A stretch of DNA of 64,000 nucleotides from Botryllus schlosseri (Eukaryota), in assembly GCA_051294905.1 (NCBI GenBank), contig CM119373.1:3102001-3166000 (forward strand). Reading direction: 5' to 3'. This document shows, piece by piece, positions 39,607 to 51,323 of this stretch. Both the position numbers and the translations under genes were made by a program. Numbering within the stretch: the stretch's first letter is position 1; each line of letters opens with the position of its first letter. A model generated the notes under the pieces. That model saw only the letters and a program-made list of their open reading frames with translations, was not told the origin of the DNA and made no database searches.

Positions 39607-40566
39607 GGGGAGATGTGGTACCGATGGATCACTGGGACCGAAAATACTTTGAAAATTCTCTATGATAACTCTATGATTACACTCCGTGAACTTGTCTACA
39701 ATTGCATGCTGGCAAAATCTTTCCTCACATACAAAAAAATTCGACGTGCGCGAGCTATGGGGTCTCTCACAGATGATTTTTGTTTTGGGGGGTCTAAACT
39801 AAATTTAGATCGACATAAACAATTTTCTTTGTAACCTTCAACACGAACAAACCAGCAATCATTTTTATTGTGAAGTGTAGGGCTTGTATCAGGCTATATA
39901 ATGGCACCTATTATTTTTTCCGTACTTTCCTTGAGTGGACTTTATTTCGATTCATGTATAAAATTCGTAGGGTGGGGACCGATGATACAATCGCTAAATC
40001 AAGCAAAATAATCAAGCATACTAATCATGAAACAAATGAAACATGCCTACGTACAGAAAATCTTTATCTAATAATTGCATATGATGTTTTATCGCTATAA
40101 CGAGGTATTTGGAAGTCACATTGTCGATTTTCGGGCAATATGTATGTACCCACAAATTTATAAGTTCGAGCCTAAATCGAAACGTATTTTATCACAACAT
40201 TTGAGTTTATATTTATTCTATTTTTTGACAGTTGCGACCAAACATTCTTCTTTGGCTTGCTGCAGCTTAGATTATAATACTGAGCAAGACAAGTAGCCCC
40301 CTTTGAGTTTTTTAGGGTATATGTGCCATAGGTCCCCGGGTCGTGTGTCATTGGACCCACCGGGTGGGGACCGATGACACGTTCGAGCAACAAATTTTAA
40401 ACGTCCATAAATATTTTTTGAAAAGACGGATATTCATGTATATGTGCGCGATAGGTAGAGCTTGTATCAAAGTGCTGAGCCAGCAAAAGATCTGCTGTTT
40501 TCGGCTGAACATTTCGGGGCCAGCGATCATTTTCCAATTTTTGATCCATCGGTACCACATCTCCCC
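39607..40566. mobile_element. TA-flanked MITE (Tc1/mariner-like target) inside the Polinton-like element
   Basis: 25-bp perfect TIR ggggagatgtggtaccgatggatca, flanked by TA on both sides. Confidence 0.8.
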
Positions 40567-42249
40567 TACTTTGGAAGAAATTTACTGGTAATAGAATGTT
40601 GAAATGTACTTTTCCATTTGCCTTGATGAGCGGGCCCAGTTTCATCTATATCCTACCATGCATTTTCGCACTTCAGAATGACTTATCACAATGAAAAATA
40701 GCACAAATACATCGAGAATTTGCGGAGTCTCACTATACGACAATTGAGTTTTACAAATTACCCTTCGAAGTGAACCTACATGTTGGGTATTATCCAAAAC
40801 CTCGTAGAATGTCGCTCCGAGCGACAAATCTTTTGAATTAAGGTGGAAGCAGCTATTTCCGACTAAGTAAAATGTTAGTATTCTAGGTCTATTTCTGCTT
40901 AATTCTGAAACTATAATGGATTTGAAGCAGTACAATATCATAAACACTTTATAGTATTTGGTACATGTACACTAAAAGCTTACTTGAGTATACTCTGAAG
41001 AAGTCAACATTTACTTGTTTAGCCGCTCGGAAATCATCACTTCTTGTACTTTACTAGAAATTCACTGCTGATGAATGAGTAATCGACTTTAGTCGATATT
41101 CTCGTACTACGAAACTGAAGAATGAATAGACGCGTTTTCGAACTATAGAATGATATAGTCTCTACAAAATGTTTTGATATCAAAATAACTTTTTTACATG
41201 AATGGTCACGTATCTTAACATTCAAATAACCCAACACAGAACTAGTATTACAAGAATATCATAGTTCTTGTACCAAAGTTGTTTGTGCACAATATATGTT
41301 TAAGGTAAGTCCTACACATTCATGATTTCGTCCGAGTTTGTATTTTAGAAAATAATATACCGACATCGCGACATCTATCAAAAACAAAACCATGATCACT
41401 GCTTGAGAGACCTATCAATGTCATCACAGTAATCTTGTAACTTCCACAAAAGAGTAGATATGTATTTGACTTTCGTTCCACAAAGCTAACGCGCAAACAA
41501 TTTACTTTACTAACGAGAAGTATCGAGTTATCGAATGATTTTCCCTTACATCAAAACAAATAGAATGTAGATTGTAGAACTATATTTCTAACGTTCCTAA
41601 CCCTTTGCACACCGCAGTTGTAAATCACACAAGCAACAAGTTTCGAGAAACGAGTTATTGAATAACGTGAAAGTGTTTTTCCAGTGTCAAGTCGTTATGT
41701 TGATTAAAGCATCTAATGTAATACCATGAAGTGACACTTCGAAACTATCGTCAGTTCTCCGTGAGCAAATATCGTGTTCTACAAGTGTTAAGATATTGTA
41801 TTATGTAGCTAGTAATTGGTACACGTAATCTCGGGATCGAACCAACGTGTGTTAACTTGCGTTATTATGTACCTAGTAATTGGTGCGAGTAATGCCGCAA
41901 CTGCTGTTGTTCAATGCATTTACCATGTTCGTAGCAAGCATCTTAATAAGGATAGACAGCCCCAAGCAAATAATGTAAGTATGTATGTACGAATGATTGG
42001 TCTAATGGTGCTTAACGACAGAAGCTGGTCTTCTATTCTATATTCCGAAATAATCAAGTTCGTGGTTTACCAACACCTCGCCTCTTAGAAACGTGGTGGA
42101 ATCACTTATAAATCCTCACGTTCACTTAACTAAATCTAATTTGATACTCGAGTACTGAACCTTAATTTTCCAGCAGTGTGATAGACACCGTCAGATGGTA
42201 CTCAACATCGCATAATTCTGCTCGAATACAAGTAAAAGTACAGATTTCA

Positions 42250-42322
<73 letters not shown>

Positions 42323-42332
42323 GGTAAGTAAG
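42250..42332. repeat. (AAGT)n microsatellite
   Basis: About 20 tetranucleotide copies. Confidence 0.97.
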
Positions 42333-44991
42333 TGAGTAACTGGTTATGTTTGTAGACTATATCTCCACTTCTACCTTTCAGAGATGTTGAGCAGAGAAGT
42401 ACATGTGTTTCTTCAAAGTAGTCAAGTAGGTTTTTGGGTGCATGCACCAACTACTCAAGTGTTTATGATATAGGCCTGTTTCGAATTCGAGACAGTTTCA
42501 GTATTAAACAAAAAATGGACCTTGAATACTAACTTTTTATAATGTGAAATTTTAAATGCATAAACGAAGAAACGTCACTTTTACAATGCTTCGGTATGAT
42601 TTCTATATTATTCCACTCTCGTTATTGGACTGCGGTGTGACGGTGAGCTATATCTCGATGCCCGGGCTTCCGAATTAATTTTTTCGATTTATTCTACCCT
42701 ATGTAGATTTAACATAAGGAAGGTTATTTCACTCATAAAATTTGAAATACGTATTTGCTCGAGTTAAAGCCATAACGCTTGGAGTGAAATTTTACGTGGT
42801 TTTCGTTAATATCCAACTTGGCTAATTCCGAAATGTAAATAGAAAAACTCAAATATCGCATAGTAGGACTTCGCAAATTTTCGATATATTTTTGCTATAT
42901 TTTCATGGTGATAAGTCATTCGGGACGGTGAAATGCATTATAGGAAATAAATGAAACTGGTACAATTCATCAAGACCCCTGAAAAAAGTACATTACATTT
43001 CAACATTTTATTAGCAGGTAAGCGAAATACCACAAACTGTGCTAACCTTCGGAGTTGTTAAGTAAAGAAGTACTCGTACTTCTTCGGAGTACCCAAGTAG
43101 GATTTTTCTCCCACATGCACCAAATACTCTCAAATCCTTATGATATTGGAGTGCTTCAACTTCATGATAGTTATAGTATTAAGCAGAAATATACCTGGAG
43201 TACTAACGTTTTACTTACTCGGAAATGACTACTTCTATCTTATTTTAAAGGATTCCTCGCTCGACGCGAAATTTTATTAGGTTTTGAATAATATCCAACA
43301 TGTAGGTTCACTTTGAAGGGTACTTCGTAAAACTCAAATATTGCACAATGAGAGTTCGCTAATTCTCGATGTATTTTTTGGTATTTTTATTGCGGTAAGT
43401 CATTCTGCAGCGCGAAAATGCATCGTGGGATATAGATGAAACTGACAACGCTCACCAAGACCACTGGACCACTGAAAAAGTGCGTTTCAATATTTTAGTG
43501 GCAGTAAATTCCTAGTAAAGTACAAGAAGTGATGATTTCAGAGTGAGTTAAAAAGTAAGTATTGTAGGTATAGTTTGGCCGAAAACCGAAAACTCTGAAA
43601 TAGAAGTAGATGAAGTGTAAAAAAGTTAATCACTTGATTAAGTATAGCACAAGCAGACCAAACCTATACTTGAGTACTTCAAAATGTACAAGTACTTCGC
43701 TATGGACTCCCTCCACGTAAAAAGTGACTAGGTTTTAGACTACTTTATCGGTACTTGACAGTTTCAGTTTTAGATAAGATTTGGAATAAAAACTAGCTCA
43801 TTCATCCACTTAAATATCTCTTCTTTAACCTGTACTTGATCGTAACAAGTAAATCTCATTTTCTATTAATTCTACACGTACACTTGACCATATTTTATGA
43901 CTTACATAATTACTTTTCCATATATTTGAAGTCAAGTCTGTCAAATAGCAGTATATGTTACGATGAGCTTATATTCGTTCTGTTTGATTATCTTGACTAA
44001 TGATATTCACTCGGCGAGCTCTCCCGTGATAGCCTTGGGACTTGGAACAGTGGTATATGACATCATAGCGATACGAGGTTACGACAGTTTATAATTAGCT
44101 ACCTTACGACACCAAATTTCGTTAGTTCATCTCCACCTTCAAATATCGTGTTATACAAATATTGTGTATACGGAACAAATACATATATGGCTATGTTGTT
44201 GCAATCTGCAAAAAGTACCTCCCTCAGTAACTAATTTCTGGTAGGCTATGCATACAAATGAGGACAGTTACATCAACGAGTCGCAACTTGTTGTATTATG
44301 TAGTTAGTAATTAGTGCAGGTAAGTCCGCAACTACTGTTCAAGACCTTTTCCGCGTTTTTTTGTCAAGCATCCTCGTAAGGACAGACAGTCCCAATCAGC
44401 TAATGTAAGTGTGTATGTATGTATGAGGGGTCTTATGGCGGTTGACGAATGAAGTTGGTCGTCTAATCTATTCCGAAATAATCAAGTTAGTGGTTTTTAA
44501 CAGGACCTCACCTCATAGAAACTTCAGTAGAATAACTTATAACTCCTCACGTTTACTCAACTAAATCTAATTTGATAATCAAGTACTGGATCTTAATTTT
44601 CAAACGAGTTCAAATTTTACTCTAACTTATGAGATTACATATAAAAACTTTTCACGATGCAATGAATTTTACATCATGAGTCAAGTGATTTCGTAATTAA
44701 CACAAGATAATTAAATGAATTTCTAGAGGATTATAAGATATTCGTGTCATCCTCCTTCGTATATCATAAAAGAATATCTACTGCAGTCGGTTTGTAATTA
44801 TTTGCGCTGTGTTTGATTAACTCAATCATGTTGCAGTGTATTTTAATAACGAAACACTTTTACAGCATAAACCAAATAATTTCATAATAAACACAAGCTA
44901 ATTTCATAATAAACATAAAAAATATTTCCGCGCCCTCCTAAACCTAATTCCTCCTAAACCTATAACCTAATCCTGAGGCGCGCATTTTTAA

Positions 44992-47432
44992 ATTGTTTGC
45001 AAAGCACGGTATTTTATAATTCCATGAGACTTCAGTAGTTCTGGAATCCTGAATTAATGAGAGTTGAATAAACCTCACAATGATAAGATATTCAGTAATA
45101 ATATAGAAATTGGCTTATATTGTGACTATCTAATCATTGTGAAATTAGCAATTATCTCATGTTGTTGATGAAAATGATCAGCTTATGTTCTTACTTGCAG
45201 GCGTCTAGATGTATCCGTTCTAGTATATTTACATATCTTTCTATGGAGACAGCGGTAATTTTTTATTCTTGACTTAACGTATAAATAACCTACTTGTATA
45301 CATTAAATGAAAGTATTTATGAGACATCGTAGCAACGCACATATTGTATGTTATCTATTTATTTTGCGATAATCGATTACTACTACTACATTTATCAGAG
45401 TACACTCTGCTAGGGTTTGCCTAGTGACAGTACTTAATCAAGTCGATTTTGTAAAAACTTTTATACTGGGAATTTTGTAAAATAAATACCAATTTTTTAA
45501 ATCGTCGAACACTTTACATCAAATTTAGTAAAGTAGATAGAAACTACTTTTTCCAAAGTACTAAAGACCTTTACACTACAGTTTTGTAAAATAAATCCTA
45601 ATACAACGTAAGATGATTATTTTCATCATCAACACGAGATAATTGCTAATTTCACAATGATAAGATATTCACAATATTAGCTAATTTTTTATATTATTAC
45701 TTTGTTAGATTTAATATTAAAATTATTTTTAATAATCATTGAAATCATGTAGATTATAACAGTGAACGTCTTTTGTACAAACTAATTTATCAACTATACA
45801 AGATAATCGATAATTTATTTAAAAATCAATAAGATATTCAGAAAGCAACAATATTAATAAAAAGATGTTCAGTTTACCCGTTATAAGCTACAATGATTTC
45901 AATGAATAATGAAAAAATATTATTAATAATTGTTGTTTCAAAGTTAGAACCAAAGTAATAATATTTAAAAAGTGGAATATTTGAAAATATTTAAATCATG
46001 CTTTGGTGCTTATAATAACGTAAGCTGATCATTTTCATCAACAACATGAGATAATTGCTAATTTCACAATGATTTGATATTCATAATATTAGTCAATTTT
46101 TATATTATTACTGAATATGTTATCATTGTGAAATTAGCAATTATCTCGTGTAGTTGATGAAAATAATCAGCTTACGCTGTTATAAGCTCCAAAGCATGAT
46201 TTAAATATTTTTTAAATATTCCATTTAAAAAAAAATTACTTTGGTTCTAACTTTAGAATAATAATTATTGATAATATTTTTTCGTTATTAATTGAAATCA
46301 TTACAATAATATTTAAAAGATGTACACCGTTATAAGCTACAATGATTTCAATGAATAATGAAAATATTATCAATAATTATTATTCCAAAGTTAGAACCAA
46401 AGTAATATTATTTTTAAAAATGGAATAATTAAAAAATATTTAAATCATGCTTTGGAGCTTATAACAACGTAAGCTGATCATTTTCATCAACAACATGAGA
46501 TAATTGCTATTTTCACAATGATTAGATATTCACAATTTTAGCCAATTTTTATATTATTACACATATTCAATCTACAGCGAACAGCGAATAATCATGTAAT
46601 AAATATTACACGTTATATATTGCCTTGCACTTGCTTCAACTGCAATAACAAAGGCGATCAACGCAATATTGACGTAATCATATCTCAGCGTTACTAAAGT
46701 AATCAACTACGCATATGACGTAATCATTACTGAACATGCTTCAACTACACAATCATAATGACGTGAATATTTCTCAGTGTTATTGGACTGGAACGAGACG
46801 CAATCATGACGTAATTATATCTCAGCATTACTGGAACTAAGCAAAGACGCTCTCGTAATAACTAAAGTAATCAACTACGCATATGACGTAATCATGAACA
46901 TGCTTCAACTGCACATTCATAATGACGTAAACATTTCTCGGTGTTATTGGACTGGAACTAGACGCAATCATGACGTAATCATATCTCAGCGTTACTGAAA
47001 CCAAAGCCGCTCTCGTAATAACTAAAGTAATCAACTACGCATATGACGTAATCATTACTGGACATGCTGCAATACGCAATCATAATGAAGGTAATCAACG
47101 TACGCAAACATGACGAAATAAATATCTCAGCGTTGCTGGAACTAAGCAAAGCCGCTCTCGAAATAACTAAAGTAATCAACTACGCATATGACGTAATCAT
47201 GAATATGCTTCAATACGCAATCGTAATGAAGGTAATCAACTTACGCAAACATGACGTAATAAACATCTCAGCGTTACTGGATCGGAACTATGGCATCTCT
47301 CGCACAACCAAAACCTCTCTCGTATTGGAACCACACCCACATTGTTCTGCGTTCCGATTGGCTAACAGATGTCACGTGATCAAATACTCGACGCTGATTG
47401 GGGCGCGTCAAAAGACTGTGTATAATACTACT
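44992..47432 (-). repeat. Right terminal inverted repeat (~2.44 kb, with an extra internal duplication)
   Basis: Reverse complement of 36679-38670 plus ~450 bp extra at about 46060-46510. Confidence 0.95.
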
Positions 47433-48217
47433 CAAGTATTGGATTTATTTTTCACTTTCTATTACAAGTATCATACTTTGTGTTCTAATTAGTATCAGTT
47501 GTTTTGTCTAAAAACATACATGTTTAGGGATAAGTGGAAGTGTAGTAATGCCTTTAATTTCCTGAAATAAAGCGACATGACCATATACCATTTTTACGAT
47601 CCACCATATTTTATATTAGCGTTTACTAATCGCGCAAAGTGTTTACACCGTATCCGATACTACTTCTCCGTATTGCTCTTCGACTAAACTACGGGCCTCA
47701 TAATATGGGGGGAGGGTGCTATACCATGTTATTTCTGAAACGTGCTGTTCGAGTAAACAAAGGATTAGGATCGCATTTCCATGTCAATACTATCATTTTC
47801 ATCCCTTCATGCGGACTAACGCTTATGCTGTCGAAAATTGGATAACTCCTGGTATGCATAAATATGAATCAAGCTCTGCAGCTTTTGCATAGCTCAACTT
47901 GCAGGTTTTGACAATCAATGCGAACGAATTACGATCGTTTTCACAACCACTTACTTACTTGAGTAGATTTAAAGTCAGTTAATTCTACTTCTGCTTCAAG
48001 TAGTTTTAGGTTGCTTATGGAAGAAGTACTTCTACTCGTACTTGAGTACATTTTTTCGTTTCTACTTCTACTTCTACTTGAGTAGCTTTCTTGACTACTT
48101 TGACCACCCGTAGCTATTACTGGGTCACACAGAGTCAAATTGGACGCGCGCAAATATTGTGGCAGTGGGCGAATCTTTTCCTCGATATAGCTCAAGAATT
48201 TGAAGCTATATACTTAC

Positions 48218-48325
48218 GTTCGCAGTTACTTCCATAATATCCGTAGATGCAGTCACACTCAGAAAACGTATCCGCACATTCTTCATTATGATGACAGGTA
48301 TTCGGGTGGTGTTCACAGTAATTTA
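48218..48325 (-). CDS. EGF-like exon 7 (108 bp)
   Basis: tgcag / gtaagt; NYCEHHPNTCHHNEECADTFSECDCIYGYYGSNCE. Confidence 0.85.
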
Positions 48326-48441
48326 CTGCATGGAAGCAAAGTGATTTGTCAAACTTACTGACTCTATACGCAGTCAAGTATTGTTGCATTGAGCGTGTAC
48401 TATTCTGGTCACAGCTCAAGAATTAGAAACAATATACCCAC

Positions 48442-48561
48442 CGTTGCAGTTTATTCCATAATATCCGTCGGTGCAATCACACGTATAGTACGGACGAGTG
48501 TCATTATTAAGACATGTTCCTCCATGTTGACAGGGAATCTGGTGGTGTTCGCAAAATCTCT
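48442..48561 (-). CDS. EGF-like exon 6 (120 bp)
   Basis: cacag / gtgggt; RFCEHHQIPCQHGGTCLNNDTRPYYTCDCTDGYYGINCN. Confidence 0.85.
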
Positions 48562-48683
48562 CTGTGTGGAAGCGAAGCACTGTGTGAAGCCTACTCAATT
48601 TAGGCAGAACAAAATGTTGTGCTATTGAGCGAGTCTTTTTCTGAGCATAGCTTTAAATTTTAGAAGCGATATAGCCTGCTTAC

Positions 48684-48803
48684 GGCTGCAGTTTGTTCCA
48701 TAATATCCGTCGGTGCAATTGCACGCATGATACGTTTGAGAGTCATTCTTTAAACATGTCCCGTTGTGTTGACAAACATTGGGGTGGTGTTCACAGAAAT
48801 TGT
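48684..48803 (-). CDS. EGF-like exon 5 (120 bp)
   Basis: tatag / gtaagc; NFCEHHPNVCQHNGTCLKNDSQTYHACNCTDGYYGTNCS. Confidence 0.9.
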
Positions 48804-48919
48804 CTATATAGAAACGACGCGATGTGTCAATCGTATTTAATAAATACACAACCAAGTGTTGTGGCAGTGAGCGCGTCAAGTTCTGGGCATAGATCAATAA
48901 TTAGAAACGATATACTTAC

Positions 48920-49039
48920 CACTGCAGTTTTTTCCATAGTATCCGTCGGTGCAATCACACGTATAGTACGGGTGAGTGACATTATTCAGACATGTTCCGT
49001 TGTGTTGACAGGAATTCGGATGGTGTTCACAGTAATTTT
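48920..49039 (-). CDS. EGF-like exon 4 (120 bp)
   Basis: tatag / gtaagt; NYCEHHPNSCQHNGTCLNNVTHPYYTCDCTDGYYGKNCS. Confidence 0.9.
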
Positions 49040-49151
49040 CTATATAGAAACAACGCAGTGTGTCAAACGTACTGAATTACAGGGCAACCAAATGCTGTGG
49101 CAGTGAGCGAGTCTTCTTCTGGGCATAGCTCAAGAATTAGAAACGATGTAC

Positions 49152-49271
49152 TGCAATTTTTTCCATATCCGTCAGTGCAATCACACGTATAGTACGGATG
49201 AGTGGCATTAATAAGACATGTTCCGTTATGTTGACAGACATTAGAGTGGTGCTCAAGCTCAGAGCAATTTT
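49152..49271 (-). CDS. EGF-like exon 3 (120 bp, variant; ancestral donor deleted)
   Basis: tacag acceptor; NCSELEHHSNVCQHNGTCLINATHPYYTCDCTDGYGKNC; only a weak gtacat donor remains, still in phase 1. Confidence 0.6.
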
Positions 49272-49415
49272 CTGTAAGTAAACGAAGCGATATGACTTGC
49301 TTAGTTTAGTTATCTATAGTCAAACCAACTGGAAACCGACACAACTCAATGTTGTGGCAGTGTGATAGTCTTTTTGACGACATAGCTCAAGTTTTATAAT
49401 AAGCGATATACTTAC

Positions 49416-49535
49416 GGCTGCAGTTTTTTCCATAATATCCATCGGCGCAATTGCACGTATAGTACGGGTGAGTGACATTGTTCAGACATTTTCCATTATG
49501 TTGACAGACGTTCGGGTTATGTTTGCAGTAATTTT
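49416..49535 (-). CDS. EGF-like exon 2 (120 bp)
   Basis: tacag / gtaagt; NYCKHNPNVCQHNGKCLNNVTHPYYTCNCADGYYGKNCS. Confidence 0.9.
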
Positions 49536-49654
49536 CTGTACGGAAACAGGGTGATATGCCCAAACCAACTGAATTTAGAAACATCCCGGTGTTGTGGTAT
49601 AGTAAGCGAGTGTTTTCCTGTGAAAAGCTAAAAAATTGGAAACGATACACTCAC

Positions 49655-49774
49655 CACTGCAGTTTTTTCCATAATATCCATCGACGCAATTGCACGAATA
49701 GTACGGATGAGTGCCGTTATTCAGGCATGTTCCGTTATGTTGACAAACATTAGGGTGATGTTCACAGTAACTTT
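49655..49774 (-). CDS. EGF-like exon 1 (120 bp)
   Basis: tatag / gtgagt; SYCEHHPNVCQHNGTCLNNGTHPYYSCNCVDGYYGKNCS. Confidence 0.9.
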
Positions 49775-49836
49775 CTATATGGAAACGAAGCGTTGTGTCA
49801 ATTGTACTGAATTTATACACAGTCAAGTGTTTTGGC

Positions 49837-49870
49837 TGGTTGGTTGGTTGGTTGGTTGGTTGGTTGGTTG
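49837..49870. repeat. (TGGT)n microsatellite
   Basis: About 8 copies, at the edge of the EGF array. Confidence 0.9.
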
Positions 49871-50000
49871 ATTAGCAAGCGCTGATAGCTTCGCAAACAA
49901 GTTGAATTTATTTTCAAGCCACGAAACATATATGGAACGCAAGGTATGGGCCCATACAATCAGATCTCACCATATCCGTACCATTAGTATATTTTCTTAC

Positions 50001-50099
50001 CTGAGAAGTCATGAGTGGAATATATGGTAGTTTCAATTTTACAAAAGCCCTCAACACAGTTCGAAAATAAATCTTGGAGCTTCGCCATGTTACTCTGAC
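50001..50099 (-). CDS. Candidate exon upstream of the EGF array (99 bp, phase 1-1)
   Basis: ttcgcag acceptor and CAG|gtaaga donor; open frame QSNMAKLQDLFSNCVEGFCKIETTIYSTHDFS, in phase with EGF exon 1. Confidence 0.55.
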
Positions 50100-50465
50100 C
50101 TGCGAACGTGTAACATTTAATCATGTGATACCGTAATGAGCGCGAGCGTGTCGGATAATGTCACAGTCGCCTGTTCGGTATTACAGTAAACCGCTAGTGC
50201 CGTGCGAATGTAGTAACTATTCTCGTCATTGTTATTGTTACAGCAGAACGAGGTGGCGAAGTAAGGGACACCTATATAAAACAAGAATATTATATTAAAT
50301 TACCGAGAAAATAGAATATCAATGATAACGATTTATCAAACCTGTTATTGTAATATTAATCATGTTGATGCATATATAATCCTATATCTGACGCGAGGTA
50401 TATTAACACATTCTCATATCGTACTAATTTGACTTCTAGGATAGAATCAACCATTTGGAACTCAC

Positions 50466-50478
50466 CAAACATGTCGTC
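50466..50478 (-). CDS. Candidate 13-bp microexon
   Basis: atttcag|GACGACATGTTTG|gtgagt; ends in phase 1 when read DDMF. Confidence 0.3.
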
Positions 50479-51323
50479 CTGAAATATGGAAAAATGGAAT
50501 TAAGTGATATTTAAGTTCAGCATAGATATACATATATATCCAGAGGTAGTCAGTAACGAAGTACTTCTACTTTTTGGAAGTACTCAAGTAGTTTTACTCT
50601 ACTTCTGGTACTTACTCAAGTAGACCTGATTTTCTCTACTTCTACTTCTACTTCGTAATATTTTGTGCTCTACTTACTTACTTTTCGCTATTTTCAGTAT
50701 GTCAAGTAGAAGTAGTTTAAACCCCCCCCAATACGAAAGATAGTCTTAGGAATTTCGGGGCTGTTGTCACGGAGTACCAACATTTCATATTCATAAAAGT
50801 CGAGTAAAGCCCAGAAATTTTGCTGCGCTTAGCGCACAGTAGTTACGGAGTGGCAAATATGCTTTCAGGAAAGTATCAGTGAATATAATTTAGGTACGGG
50901 ATTGCTTGGTTCCGCTCACACCGCATTGTCGCCCATATCAAATATTTCATTACTGTAAATATGGCCCACCATCAGAGGTGGTCAGTAACGAAGTACTTCT
51001 ACTTTTTCGAAGTACTCAAGTAGTTTTCCTCTACTTCTGGTACTTACTCAAGTAGATCTGATTTTCACTGCTTCTACTTCTACTTCTTAATATTTTGTGA
51101 TCTACTTACTTACTTTTCGCTATTTTCAGTTTGTCAAGTAGAAGTAGTTCAATCTTCCAATCAGGAAGATAGCCTGGGGGATTTGGAGCTGTTTTTACGG
51201 AGTATTAACATTTAATTTTCATAAAAGTTTAGTAAAGCACAGAATTTTCGTCGCGCATCGCGCGCAGTGGATACGTAGTGACCAGTATGATTTCACGAAA
51301 GTATCGATGAATATAATTTAGGT

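Larger units (their letters stand above)
36679..47432. mobile_element. Non-autonomous Polinton/Maverick-like element (10754 bp)
   Basis: Termini AGTAGTATTAT / ATAATACTACT; 6-bp TSD taagta / caagta (5/6); ~2-kb TIRs; no long ORF inside. Confidence 0.8.
35650..48112 (-). mobile_element. 'AGTAGA' hAT element inflated by two insertions
   Basis: Halves 35650-36678 and 47439-48112 reassemble into the reverse complement of 23020-24381; TSD gttatgac / gctattac (6/8). Confidence 0.85.

Noticed and set aside
48218..49774. Assignment to Notch, Delta, fibrillin or a named coat/allorecognition gene
   Set aside because: No calcium-binding EGF consensus and no DSL, LNR, ZP or Ig domain seen, so no gene symbol is justified.
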